From Eledone cirrhosa (Eukaryota), in NCBI GenBank assembly GCA_964016885.1, contig OZ024745.1:129580001-129644000 (forward strand): 64,000 bases of DNA, written 5' to 3'. Below are positions 1 to 12,060 of this stretch, one piece after another; positions within the stretch are counted from its first letter, which is position 1, and each line of letters begins with the position of its first letter. Under the pieces are notes generated by a model. It was not told where the DNA came from, did not search any database, and saw only the letters and a list, made by a program, of their open reading frames with translations. The position numbers and the translations under genes are program-made.

Positions 1-57
1 CCTCCACAACTTCTCTCCCCATGTGTGTATATATATATATATAATATATATATATAT

Positions 58-99
<42 letters not shown>

Positions 100-280
100 A
101 GCACTCTATCTCAAAATTATTTTTGAAAAGCATTAGAAATGCGCAATCGGGTAAAATTTAAAACTAAAACTGAATACTAACTAATACTTATTACTAATTT
201 ATACTTATTCCTAATTAAACTATTTTTCACTGGGTAAAATTTGACTCCATTTTCTTTTCCTTTTTACTAATATGTATATA

Positions 281-346
<66 letters not shown>

Positions 347-481
347 TGTGTATATATATATTTAATATATATATGTATGTATTATGTATATATATATATA
401 TAATATGTATATATATATATGTATATGTATGTATATGTATATATATGTATGTATATGTATGTATATGTATGTATATGTATG

Positions 482-519
<38 letters not shown>

Positions 520-537
520 TACATACATATATATATA

Positions 538-576
<39 letters not shown>

Positions 577-630
577 CATTTATATATATATTTATACACA
601 TTTAAAACTATATATTTATACAGATTTAAA

Positions 631-779
<149 letters not shown>

Positions 780-848
780 TCATATATATATAGTATTGTG
801 TAAAGCTCATTATATATTCTAACTGAACAGCTGCATTCTGATTCTGGA

Positions 849-883
<35 letters not shown>

Positions 884-1063
884 TATATATATATACATAT
901 ATATGACTTCGCTAAAATAGATGAAAACTGTGTATGCATATATGTGAGTGCTTTTGCATATTTATTGATGACGAGATAAATAGGCATGCACATATGAACT
1001 CTTCTTCGTCCACAAACATAGATACACATACACAAACACACACACAAACACACACACAAACAC

Positions 1064-1159
<96 letters not shown>

Positions 1160-1904
1160 GTATATATATATATATATAATATATATATATATACGTATAT
1201 GTGTGTATAAATATGCTTGTATGTGTGTGTATGTGTAATCTGTGTTTGTGGATGTGAGTGTGCGTGAACGAAATTATTTTTACAAAACAGAAAACTCAAA
1301 CTCTCCAGTGATGTATTCAGCGGGCAGTTTACATCTTGAGTAATAACTGCACAGTAATTTATTGGAGAATTCTCAAGTGATATATTTGGGTTGATGAAAG
1401 AAAATGTGTGGTTTTTAAATATTTGTTTTATTACAAGTCAAAACATTGGTTCACTTACTACAATAACATGTCAAAAACTATACTGTGATAAATTCCTCTG
1501 ATGCTATAAAAATATACATTATTGTTCATATTACATTATTTACTGGTTCCTTGTTACAATTCTAAGAATTCTTCGTGGTTTTAATTAACAGTATGGGAAA
1601 TATGTCCAGTCACATCTATAGAAAGTCGTCAAGAAGTTTTGTTTAAGTATTTCAAGCCTGATAGAAGACGTAATCTGACAGACATGCTTGCTAAGAAAGG
1701 TTCTGCATGTTTAAACTGCTGACACATTTTTTCTCATTTTATTTTAAATAACATCTATCTCTGAATGTGTGGGCGTATCAGCTCTTGTTACAATTACGAA
1801 TAATAGAGACTTCTGGTGTCCTTGGCCCTAGTACCACCTCCCTACTCACGACCATTCGCATAGTGTTCGTTACCCTCATCATCCTCCGGGGGATAACACC
1901 TTCT

Positions 1905-2010
1905 CTAGGCTGTCCGCTGGGGTTGTGGGGCGGCCAGCGCGTGAATCCCCATTTGCTGATAATAGATTGGGAGGGCGAGAGAGACGGAGGCAGTGAGTGG
2001 AAGAGAGAGA
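1905..2010 (-). repeat. Old dispersed repeat, copy 1 (…ctccgtctctctc…agcaaatgggg…cgcgctgg…gcggaca family)
   Basis: Reverse complement gcaaatggggattcacgcgctggccgccccacaaccccagcggaca aligns with 26453 gcaaatgggggcgcatgcgctggtcgtcccgcggccccggcggaca; related copies at 10315-10455 and 25890-26200. Confidence 0.7.
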
Positions 2011-2204
2011 ACATCAACAATTATTTACTTGTATTTACCTGTATTGTTCGAAGTTAATATTAACAAATTCAATGAAATCTAAATTAAAATATTTTCACAC
2101 CAAAATATTATTTAATTGCAAAATAGTCGACACGCACATTTAAACACACACACACATAAACACACACACCCACATATACATGCACACACATACACAAAAC
2201 GCAC

Positions 2205-2430
2205 ACATATCATAACTTACTAATAGTTACTTCTGACATATCATAACTTACTAATTGTTACTTCTGACATATCATAAATTAATAATAGTTACCTCTGACA
2301 TATCATAACCTATTAATATTATCTCAGACATATCATAACTTAATAATAGTTACGTCTGACATATCACCTACACATGTTACCTCTGACATATCATAACATA
2401 CTAATAGTTACTTGTGACATATAACTTACA
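2205..2430. repeat. ~31-bp minisatellite (gacatatcataacttactaatagttacttct), ~7 diverged units
   Basis: Tandem units read directly. Confidence 0.9.
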
Positions 2431-3282
2431 AATACAAAACTTTATTTAAGTAACTTTGTTATGTTATATTACAAATACATACCTTTATTCCACATCTTTT
2501 TTTTAAATCCTTTATTTCATATGGACTGCCCGCCTACTCGGCCTTCCCCCAATTAAATGAAAGAAGGAAAATATGAAGTTTTCTTTCCATGAAGCATTGC
2601 AAATATTGAAGCAGCATTGACAATTGTACTAGATCCAGATGTGACTATCCTTATCGAGGTGGTTAAACGACATTTTAAAGAAAATCCTGTTGGAACTTAT
2701 CTCTAAACGTATATTTGCCATAATTCTTTACTGGTTTGTAAGAAAATAACATTTACAATCAATCTGAAATGATGTGGAGTGTATTCCATTCCATCTAGAG
2801 TAGGACTGTCTATATGGCTGAAAGTATTTAGTCTCTTTGATGAGCGGCAGACAAAACAAATATGTATTGCAATATCTATTGCAAATAACAATAGGCAATT
2901 CTTAACAAAAACATACTTATGTTTTCAGTAATTTTGATGCACAAGATGATAACAATTTCATTCATAACTTAAAATTGCATATTATCTTGAAATCAAAAAG
3001 ATATGGGTGTATCTCTTTTTTTCTAATATCCCTTGATATCGTAGCAGGTATTTTCCCCTAAAGCATTTATGCATATTTGCGTCATAGATATACTGAAATG
3101 TCAATGATTACATCCTGTTTTGTTATGGGAATCCTTTATACAATACGGTGTAGAAATAAATTAACAATTGTATGTCACTACATTCCTGTGTAAATAGTCA
3201 TACAGGAAGTGAAGCCTCAACATATATGTGATGTATTTCGATATCAAAACATTAATTTCCATTGATCTTTGAAGTACACACC

Positions 3283-3444
3283 TACGAGGGTCGGCTGAAA
3301 CGTTCTTTGAGTGATTATAAAGAATTGACGCTTGTGCTGTGAAATCTTGCATGCATTAATTTCAACTCTCGTTATAAATAACTGCATTATTTCTTTCCAG
3401 ACCATATGTCAAAATATAAACTTCCTTTTCAGCCGAACCTCGTG
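3283..3444. mobile_element. Tc1/mariner-type MITE (~160 bp)
   Basis: Terminal inverted repeats tacgagggtcggctgaaa … tttcagccgaacctcgtg; the TACGAGGG start resembles mariner TIRs. Confidence 0.7.
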
Positions 3445-3467
3445 TACACACACACACACACACACAC

Positions 3468-3559
<92 letters not shown>

Positions 3560-3568
3560 ATATATATG

Positions 3569-3671
<103 letters not shown>

Positions 3672-3973
3672 GTATATATATGTATATATATATGTATATA
3701 TATGTATATATATATCATGTATATTGTTTATATCATTTTATATCATTTATTTTGTTTGACCTGTTTAGCTTGACTTGTTTTTTGGCTTAGGTGGTTAATG
3801 CCTTCTTGACCACTTTTCAGTTTGTATGGCGTTTTAATATATTGTTTAGCACTAGTTTTTCTTAACTATTGGAGCGCTTGCCAGCATTTCTACGATTTTG
3901 TGTTTCGTTTCGCTTTTTCTACCAGCCGAAATGCGATTCTCGCTGAATATATATTTATATATATATATATATA

Positions 3974-4170
3974 GGAACGAGTAGGACCCCGACGGCTGAG
4001 CTCAAGCCGTTTCGGCGGCTAATTCTGGAGTAAAATCATTTTAGTCCAGAATTAGCCGTCGAAATGGCTTGAGCTCAGTCGTCGGGGTCCTATTACCCAC
4101 TCTACTACCCTAAGTATTGAGTACTTTGGTGCGTTATGGTCCATCTGGTTCCTTACCACATTTCCTTCGT
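3974..4170 (+). mobile_element. Family A fold-back element (Penelope-like non-autonomous; 3' half of HHR plus tail)
   Basis: Long palindrome followed by tail tattacccactctactaccctaagtattgagtac…ccttcgt; (TA)n on both sides. Confidence 0.8.
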
Positions 4171-4185
4171 TATATATATATATAT

Positions 4186-4274
<89 letters not shown>

Positions 4275-4285
4275 CACATATATAT

Positions 4286-4325
<40 letters not shown>

Positions 4326-4353
4326 ATACATATATATATACATATATTTATAC

Positions 4354-4414
<61 letters not shown>

Positions 4415-4416
<2 letters not shown>

Positions 4417-4528
4417 AACAAGTATGACCCCGAGGGCAGAGCTCAAGCCGTCTCGACGGCTAACTACCCTAAGTATTGAGTACTCTGGTGCGTTATGGTC
4501 CATCTGGTTCCTTACCACATTTCCTTCG

Positions 4529-4529
<1 letters not shown>
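4415..4529 (+). mobile_element. Family A element, truncated
   Basis: Inverted arm joined directly to the family A tail; (TA)n flanks. Confidence 0.8.
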
Positions 4530-4627
<98 letters not shown>

Positions 4628-4628
4628 C

Positions 4629-4707
<79 letters not shown>

Positions 4708-4728
4708 CTATTATATATATATATATAT

Positions 4729-5237
4729 AATAGTTTTATCCATCTACATGGCTGAATACATTAAATGTAATCTGAGTTTTTCGAATATTGATAATAATAT
4801 TCGATTCGTTTGCAATTATGCGAACAGCCTCTTTAAGCCATGTCAGTAGAATGACTCCGCATTCTTGCCCATGTGTTATTCTTGTGGCATATAAATAGAA
4901 TGGCAGGCACTAGTATTTCTGGGTGATTACCCATCATCAGTACCGTATACTGCTTACCTGACAACTGTCAGAGCTAGTGAAAATATATGATATTTTCTGA
5001 AATATACAGTGACTCATCAGCCTGGTTTGCATATTAGCAGGCTGCCTCATCAGTCAAATCTGCATATTAGCAGACCCACTGATCAGCCAGATTTGCATAT
5101 CAGCAGATAGGCCAGTCAGTTTCATGTATACAATCGATTAATGGCTGGCTTTGCCATATTCAAATAACTAAAAAATAGTTTTATCGATCTACATGGTTGA
5201 ATGCTATAAATATAATCTGAGCTTTTCGAATGATAAC
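4729..5237 (-). mobile_element. Partial-tandem HHR element (unit ~447 bp)
   Basis: Terminal direct repeat atagttttatc(c/g)atctacatgg…tttcgaat at 4729-4786 and ~5176-5231; (TA)n flanks; HHR core inside. Confidence 0.65.
4886..4944 (-). ncRNA. Hammerhead ribozyme motif (type I, partly degenerate)
   Basis: Minus strand ggta-CTGATGA-tgggt aatc accca-GAAA…TA-tgcc; stem II is perfect, stem III register is uncertain. Confidence 0.6.
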
Positions 5238-5256
5238 AATATATATATATATATAT

Positions 5257-6023
5257 AATATGTTGGAAAGGTAACACACCAGAGAGAGATACACAGTGCG
5301 CTATCAATAGATTCCATGCACTGGTCGTTTTTTTCCCTGTTTTAATGATAGCGCACTGTGTATCTCTCTCTGGTGTGTTACCTTTCCAATATATTGTATT
5401 TTAAACGGCTCAGGACTTCTTCCCCTTTAACCAAATTATTTACAGGGAATAGCGAGGGACTATGGCTCCGCTAATTTATCGTGATATTTTGCTCCTTATA
5501 ACTGTCTTTCCTATCTCTCTGTTTGGTTGAGCACACTTCTCTGAGTGGCTTTGGGCTGCCCTTTCTAGCAGTTCGTCCCTCGGAGGCCACTGGTTCACTG
5601 CCCTTAAACACGCTGTGACTTCTCTCTCCCACGTGTAGCTGGACAGTCACTTTTGAAATTCTCTGAAATGTATAGTCTTACACACGCTGATGAACCGTGG
5701 CTAATCCATTTCTTCAACAAATTACTGGTGAAACATATCTTAGGATTGGTATCTTTGGATTTGTACGTGTGTTATATAGTTATAGAGGTATTTATTTACG
5801 CTTTAATTTATATTTTTAATTATCGTGTCTATAGTCTGCCTTTCATCGGTTCTCGATTCCATACACTGGTGGTTTTTTCCCTGTTTTATTGATAGCGCAC
5901 TGTGTATCTCTCTCTGGTATGTTACCTTTCCAACATATTGTATTTCAAAGAGCTCAGGACTTCTTCCCCTTTAACCAAATTATTTACAGGGAATAGCGAG
6001 GGACTATGGCTCCGCTAATTTAT

Positions 6024-6030
<7 letters not shown>
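5257..6030 (+). mobile_element. Family D retrozyme/Penelope-like element: ~545-bp unit, partial tandem with 5' inversion
   Basis: Direct repeat 5310-5487 / 5855-6031; 5257-5308 is the inverted copy of ~5345-5394; (TA)n flanks; HHR at 5680-5772. Confidence 0.8.
5680..5772 (+). ncRNA. Hammerhead ribozyme (type I, full stem III)
   Basis: acacacg-CTGATGA-accgtgg…ttactggt-GAAA-catatcttagga…tctttggatttg-TA-cgtgtgt; 7-bp stem I, intact core, predicted GUA cleavage after ~5765. Confidence 0.85.
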
Positions 6031-6081
<51 letters not shown>

Positions 6082-6089
6082 GGGGGGGA

Positions 6090-6165
6090 GAAGAAGAAGA
6101 AGAAGAAGAAGAAGAAGAAGAAGAAGAAGAAGAAGAAGAAGAAGAAGAAGAAGAAGAAGAAGAAG
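6090..6165. repeat. (GAA)n microsatellite
   Basis: Read directly. Confidence 0.95.
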
Positions 6166-7587
6166 ATTGTATAATGTCCATTCGCATGCATTACATGTCT
6201 GCAATTGCACTTCATCAGAAAGATAATTATCACCACTAAGAATATGACTAATATTTAGTCATATTCTTAGTGGTGAGTTCTGCATTCCTACAATAAGCAT
6301 CGTTTACAGCTAACAAAGCTAATAGATAAATTTCATTTTGGTATAGAGATCAAATCAAAATACAATATACGATAAGAAAAATAGTGAATAAAAAATAAGT
6401 ACACGAGTAACAATAATTATACCAAGTTTTGATACTAGATTTGTATGCAGTGGTGGTTATGGTGTGGGGGTGAGTTTAAAGTCCAAACGACCAATGAGAA
6501 GATTAGTAGTGATTTAAGTGGAGAAAGGTTCGAAGTGAGGAGTATGACTAGTTAAAGAACCTATAGTAATCATATAGAGACATCGGTAGTGTAGAAGGGG
6601 GAAGAGAAGCGGGGAAGAGAGAGATGGTGAAAAGAAAAAGAAAGAAAGAAGAGAATAAAGAAAAAAGAAAGAAAAGACAAAAGGCCCATAAATTATAAGA
6701 TTTCATTTAAAGACAATACATAAAATTGAGGGACAAACATTCAGAGTTATCTCAACATAAACCAAAAATAGGGGTGACAAGCGGGCGCTAGGACTAATAA
6801 AGTCGATGGTAGGGAATGTCTTGTAAGGAATGACTTAATTAATGTATAATGGATACAGAGACACCGGGTCTAATTCTATTCTAATCAAGGTTATTCTTGG
6901 CGAAAGTTTATAATGGCTTATGTTGGCAGTTGAAGATACTGTCGTGTCGAGAGATCACCAAATCCGATCCAATCATAATCTCCAACGCTTCCACCACACA
7001 ACGATTCATGGAACGTCTTTCGTTTTGGTATGAGCGGGCGAATCGTTACACTGATCAAAAAAGTGTGTAATCGATATTTTAGCGTCTTAAATCCCATATT
7101 TTCTTTGGTGACGGTAGTGGATTTGCTTAGCTCAGAATTCTTAAATAAAAGGGTATGCACATAACATCTTTCAAATCTGGATGTGCCACACACATATATC
7201 CCCAATTCTGTTTTGACCATACATTAGTAAACGATGTTTTTATGAAGACATTTTCTCTTTTGCCAAGCTCATAAAAGTCTTTTAAAGGGAAAATGTATGT
7301 CTAAAACATTGTTCTCTATCCTGGTCACTATCTCTCTTTTGTTGATTATAGTTATAGCCAACCGCATCTTGTAGATATAACAAATACACACATACACAGA
7401 CCCGTTCGTGCGAATATACACACACGAACACATATACATACATTGTATATATATATATATAAATATATATATATAGATATATAGATATATAGATATAGAT
7501 ATATAGATATATATAGATATATAGATATATATGTGTGTGAGTGTGTGTGTGTGTATATATACACATATGTATATAATATAATATATG

Positions 7588-7630
<43 letters not shown>

Positions 7631-7668
7631 GTATATATGTATATATATGTATATATATGTATATATAT

Positions 7669-7714
<46 letters not shown>

Positions 7715-7736
7715 ATATACATATGTATGTATATAT

Positions 7737-7822
<86 letters not shown>

Positions 7823-8341
7823 ATATATATAGAGAGAGATATAGATATATATATACATATACATATATATCGAACACCCACCCCCCCATCACTCCTTTAA
7901 CAGAAAACAGGCGCATCTCCATAAATAATTGACCCTGTCTATAGAACCATTTGTCTTCAGGTGAAGTAAGACCACAATGTCTGCTAATATATTGCCCTTC
8001 GATGCGATCATTCCTAGTGCATATTGACTGTAAATTGTGCAGTAAAGCAAAAACTGGCATTAATGTTCAGTATTGCACTCTGTTACACAAGCGATTGCCT
8101 TAATTATTTTTGCTGATCAAAGCAATGCATAGATGAATTGCCATCACATATTCTATATTCAAGTGGAGATGTAGTTTATAACTTTAACATTCCTTCAACA
8201 TTTTCTTTCTCTGTTATTATCATTCTTCGTCTCCAGCTTTTCTCTCGCTCTCTTCCCCAAACATGACCTCAGTCTTTGATTTGATTACCTTCTACATTTA
8301 CTCTAACATCGTCACTCTGCATGATTATATAATCCTCATTG

Positions 8342-8440
8342 GTCGGGGTCATACCTCTTCCTATTACCCACTCTACTACCCTAAGTATTGAGTACTCTGG
8401 TGCGTTATGGTCCATCTGGTTCCTTACCACACCTCCTTCG

Positions 8441-8441
<1 letters not shown>
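8342..8441 (+). mobile_element. Family A element, 3' tail fragment
   Basis: gtcggggtc…cctattacccactctactacc…ccttcg followed by (TA)n. Confidence 0.8.
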
Positions 8442-8497
<56 letters not shown>

Positions 8498-8538
8498 CGA
8501 AACATAAGTCAATTGCATGAACTCATAATCCTTTATTT

Positions 8539-8594
8539 ACTGGTATATATATTTCGATGATAACCATTGAATGGCTATGACCTCATCAGGCAGT
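8539..8594 (-). ncRNA. Minimal hammerhead ribozyme in a ~150-bp (TA)n-flanked island (family C, related to B)
   Basis: Minus strand actgc-CTGATGA-ggtcatagccattcaatggttatcatc-GAAA-tatata-TA-ccagt. Confidence 0.75.
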
Positions 8595-8638
8595 TAGTCA
8601 GTTCTTAGATATGCCAGCTCTGTGTGTATAGTGTTGAT

Positions 8639-8689
<51 letters not shown>

Positions 8690-8692
<3 letters not shown>

Positions 8693-9030
8693 GGAGGTGA
8701 GTTTTATTGTAGTACAATAAAGCAATGCAGATATCGGATAAGTAGCACTCTACAATTTGTAGGACTGGAGTATAAATAATATATAAGATCAAAAGATGGT
8801 TAAAAGAGTTCCATGTATTTTATTATGCGCATTTCAAAAACAAATATCATCATGCGAAGACATTTGCGTTTTCGTCAGATAAAATAGCGAGACATGATAT
8901 GAAGGTTAAAAAACACTTGTGAATAGTGCAGTTTTAAATCAACATATATGTTGATTTAAAACTGCAGATGATATTTGTTTTTGAAATGCGCATAATAAAA
9001 TACATGGAACTCTTTTAACCATCTTTTGAT

Positions 9031-9035
<5 letters not shown>
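8690..9035 (-). mobile_element. Family L fold-back HHR element
   Basis: Inverted arms ~8780-8852 / 8966-9036; tail 8690-8780 matches 32280-32362; (TA)n flanks. Confidence 0.8.
8818..8884 (-). ncRNA. Minimal hammerhead ribozyme (family L)
   Basis: Minus strand ttttat-CTGACGA-aaacgcaaatgtc…gatatttgttttt-GAAA-tgcgca-TA-ataaaa; palindromic stem III loop. Confidence 0.85.
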
Positions 9036-9085
<50 letters not shown>

Positions 9086-9146
9086 AAATAAAATAAAATA
9101 AAATAAATTAAATAAGTCAAATGTTTAAAATTTAGCTTCGTTTATT

Positions 9147-9201
9147 ACTGCTATATATATTTCGGTGACAGCCATCTTTGGCTGTGACCTCTTCAGGCAG
9201 T
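9147..9201 (-). ncRNA. Minimal hammerhead ribozyme (family B, inverted copy)
   Basis: Exact reverse complement of 9310-9364. Confidence 0.85.
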
Positions 9202-9309
9202 CCGAATTAGTGTGGTATAGACAAGTACATATGTTGTTGAGGTATATAACCGTGTCAATACTCCGATATGCCCAGTTCCTGGTTGGGTTGTTATACCACA
9301 CTAATTCGG

Positions 9310-9364
9310 ACTGCCTGAAGAGGTCACAGCCAAAGATGGCTGTCACCGAAATATATATAGCAGT
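9310..9364 (+). ncRNA. Minimal hammerhead ribozyme (family B)
   Basis: actgc-CTGAAGA-ggtcacagcca aaga tggctgtcacc-GAAA-tatata-TA-gcagt; perfect stem I, 11-bp stem II with one mismatch. Confidence 0.9.
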
Positions 9365-9924
9365 AATAAACGAAGCTAAATTTTAAACATTTGACTTATT
9401 TATTTTATTTTATTTTACATTACTCCGGAGTAACCAAACCAAACTGCGCACTTCGTCGAGTGCTCCAATCTGCATACTGAGGTGTTGGTATACAACCAAC
9501 ATATACTCAATATATATATATATATATATAAGTGTGTGTGCATAATATATTCACCAAAATAGCTTACTGAATATAAACGTGCTTTCTCTCAAAATCTTTA
9601 TCCGTTTAATCTGCTTTTCACCCTCTTTCTATTGCATCTTATGATGAAGGTCTAGTGTTCGAATCTTAAAGACACTTTTCCTACTATATCAAGTGTTAAA
9701 TTAATATATTTTATCATTGTAATGTGATGCTTGGTTTGTTGTTTCCATTTACTTTTTTAAATATATACAGACACACAATCGACAAATCTTTGATGATAAT
9801 ATTTCATTAAACACACGAAGGAATCGTACCAACCGTGTAAAATTAATTTGAGTGAGTATTTGATAAGTTTGAAGCTTGCTGAAAATTATACTCAATACGT
9901 CAATAAATATATTGGCTTCTCATT

Positions 9925-10040
9925 TAGGCACGTGGCCATCAATTTTTGTGGGTGGGAGGAGTCGTCGTTTAAATGGATCACTGAGTGTTACAGGTACTTA
10001 ATTATATCGACCCCGAAAGGATGAAAGGCAAAGCTAACCT
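9925..10040 (-). mobile_element. tRNA-derived SINE, degenerate fragment
   Basis: Contains the family core atcgaccccgaaaggatgaaaggcaaag. Confidence 0.7.
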
Positions 10041-10314
10041 TTCAACGAAAAGAGCGGTAATTACATGCCGCAAAGCATGTTGTCCCACACGCTACCAGAA
10101 CTGTCATTCTATTACCCATGTATTAAAATATTCTTTCGTTTAATCCATTTGTATGTGAAGAAATTTATCCACCTGTTCAGCAAATGTCTTTTCTTGTGTC
10201 TAAAACTGCACTTTTTAACATTCAACTGAATCCCATAACTCCCGTATTATTCTTACAACACATGCTATCTTTTTCTATATACAGATGTCACTTACAAACA
10301 TTTAACAAGATGGA

Positions 10315-10455
10315 AAGGTCAATAGTGTTAAAATACACACACATGTACAGCAGATCCGAGCACAGAAGAGGCGAACTCCCACTGCCATCGACTCCATCTC
10401 TCTCACCCTCCCCATCTCTCACTATTGTGAGCAAATGGGGTCCCACGAGCTGGAA
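10315..10455 (+). repeat. Old dispersed repeat, copy 2
   Basis: Aligns with the reverse complement of 25890-26200 and with 26345-26500. Confidence 0.7.
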
Positions 10456-10878
10456 GGATTACTTAGAAAAAATTATACATGTACGCGTCTTCTATAACAG
10501 AGTACTGTGTAACATTAAAATCAACGTTGTATTGTTGTGGAGTTGTAAATATAGCAACCATTAGATTGCAAATCAATTTAAAACGAAGCTGTAAACTGCA
10601 AATTAAAAGGGAACATTACTTGCTATAAATATATCCAACGTGATCTTGTTAAATCATGATGCACCTTCTGGAGAATGTGAAACTCCAACTGAGAAACTAA
10701 CATAACTCTATGCTGCAAAGCATGGTGTCTGACGCTCTACCGATACTGATAGTCCACCCCAATATCACCTTATATGTGTTAGCATTCAAAAGACAGGATG
10801 GTCATGGCTGTCAATCAACTTCCTTTATCAATACATACTCATATACTTTTTCGATTAATCCGGTAATATGCCATAGAT

Positions 10879-11612
10879 CAGGGGTGTGCAACATATTCCA
10901 TTGGCGGGCCACTTTTGAACATTAGAACACCTATTACGACCAGTCACTGTCAAAAATATGTTATCTAATGAAAACCAGCGAATCGAGCCATAAATACATT
11001 GTGAATACATTTTTAAACAATAAAGACAAATAACATGGAACTGGGAAATTATAAAACACATATCCCTATCAGTGAAGCCCTATAGTATAGGTCAACAGAA
11101 AATTATAACACACATAACCCTATCAGTGAAGCCCTATAGTATAGGTCAACAGAAAATTATAACACACATAACCCTATCAGTGAAGCCCTTTAGTATAGGT
11201 CAACAGAAAATTATAACACACATAACCCTATCAGTGAAGCCCTATAGTATAGGTCAACAGAAAATTATAACACACATAACCCTATCAGTGAAGCCCTTTA
11301 GTATAGGTCAACAGAAAATTATAACACACATAACCCTATCAGTTAAGCCCTTTAGTATAGGTCAACAGAAAATTATAACACACATAACCCTATCAGTGAA
11401 GCCCTTTAGTATAGGTCAACAGAAAATTATAACACACATAACCCTATCAGTGAAGCCTTTAGTATAGGTTAACTAACAGAAAATTGTATTACGGTTACGA
11501 AAAAATTCTAAATATCCCTACAAGGTAAACATTAAAAACGGTCATCACGGGCCACCCTGAGTGGTCTGGTGGGCCGGATTGTGGCCCACGGACTGCCTGT
11601 TGCAGGCCCGTG
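10879..11612. mobile_element. Non-autonomous hAT-type DNA element carrying an internal minisatellite
   Basis: Ends caggggtgtgcaac…gcgggccac and gggccggattgtggcccacgg…gttgcaggcccgtg resemble hAT-Charlie termini; imperfect 8-bp TSD ccatagat/tcattgat. Confidence 0.65.
11045..11475. repeat. 57-bp minisatellite, ~7.5 near-identical units
   Basis: Unit cagtgaagccct(a/t)tagtataggtcaacagaaaattataacacacataaccctat read directly. Confidence 0.95.
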
Positions 11613-11721
11613 TCATTGATCGACTTGTTCAGGTCTAAATAACATATAGCTAGAAAATAACACGAAAATGCCGAAGACGTATTGTTCCAAACGACAGCGT
11701 TCTTATTAATACTAATATAAC

Positions 11722-12060
11722 AATAATTGTTTCTACTTTTGACACAAGGCCAGCTATTACACCAGTGTATTACTGGTACTTTATTTTATCGACCCCGTAA
11801 GGATGAAAGGCAACATTAACCTCCGACATAACAATAATAGAACCAAAACAACAGCAGCCACAACAATAATAACAAAAATTTCTGATTTAGGCACAAGGTA
11901 AACAATTTTACGGGGAGGGGAAACTCGATTAAATCGACCCCAGTGTATTACTGGTGCTTTTATATTATCAAGAATGAAAGGCAAAGCTATCCTCAGCAGG
12001 ATTTGAAACCGGAATGTAAAGGGACATACCACTATGTTCAAAAGCATGTCATCCATCCAT
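11722..12060 (-). mobile_element. Two adjacent partial tRNA-derived SINE copies
   Basis: Family core (ggtactttattttatcgacccc…gatgaaaggcaaag) present twice. Confidence 0.8.

Larger units (their letters stand above)
9081..9510 (+). mobile_element. Family B fold-back element with an HHR on each strand
   Basis: Near-perfect inverted repeat ~9095-9219 / 9292-9417 plus ~90-bp tail; the tail recurs inverted at ~30015-30100. Confidence 0.85.

Noticed and set aside
9081-9417. Long inverted repeats as assembly or amplification fold-back artefacts
   Set aside because: In several elements the arms carry independent substitutions, and the same arm end and tail recur in dispersed copies on both strands. 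This argues for real insertions; long reads would confirm.
11072-11467. 131-aa ORF of 19-aa repeats; array superficially CRISPR-like
   Set aside because: It is a 57-bp tandem with no unique spacers and no cas genes in eukaryotic context; the ORF follows from a unit length divisible by 3.
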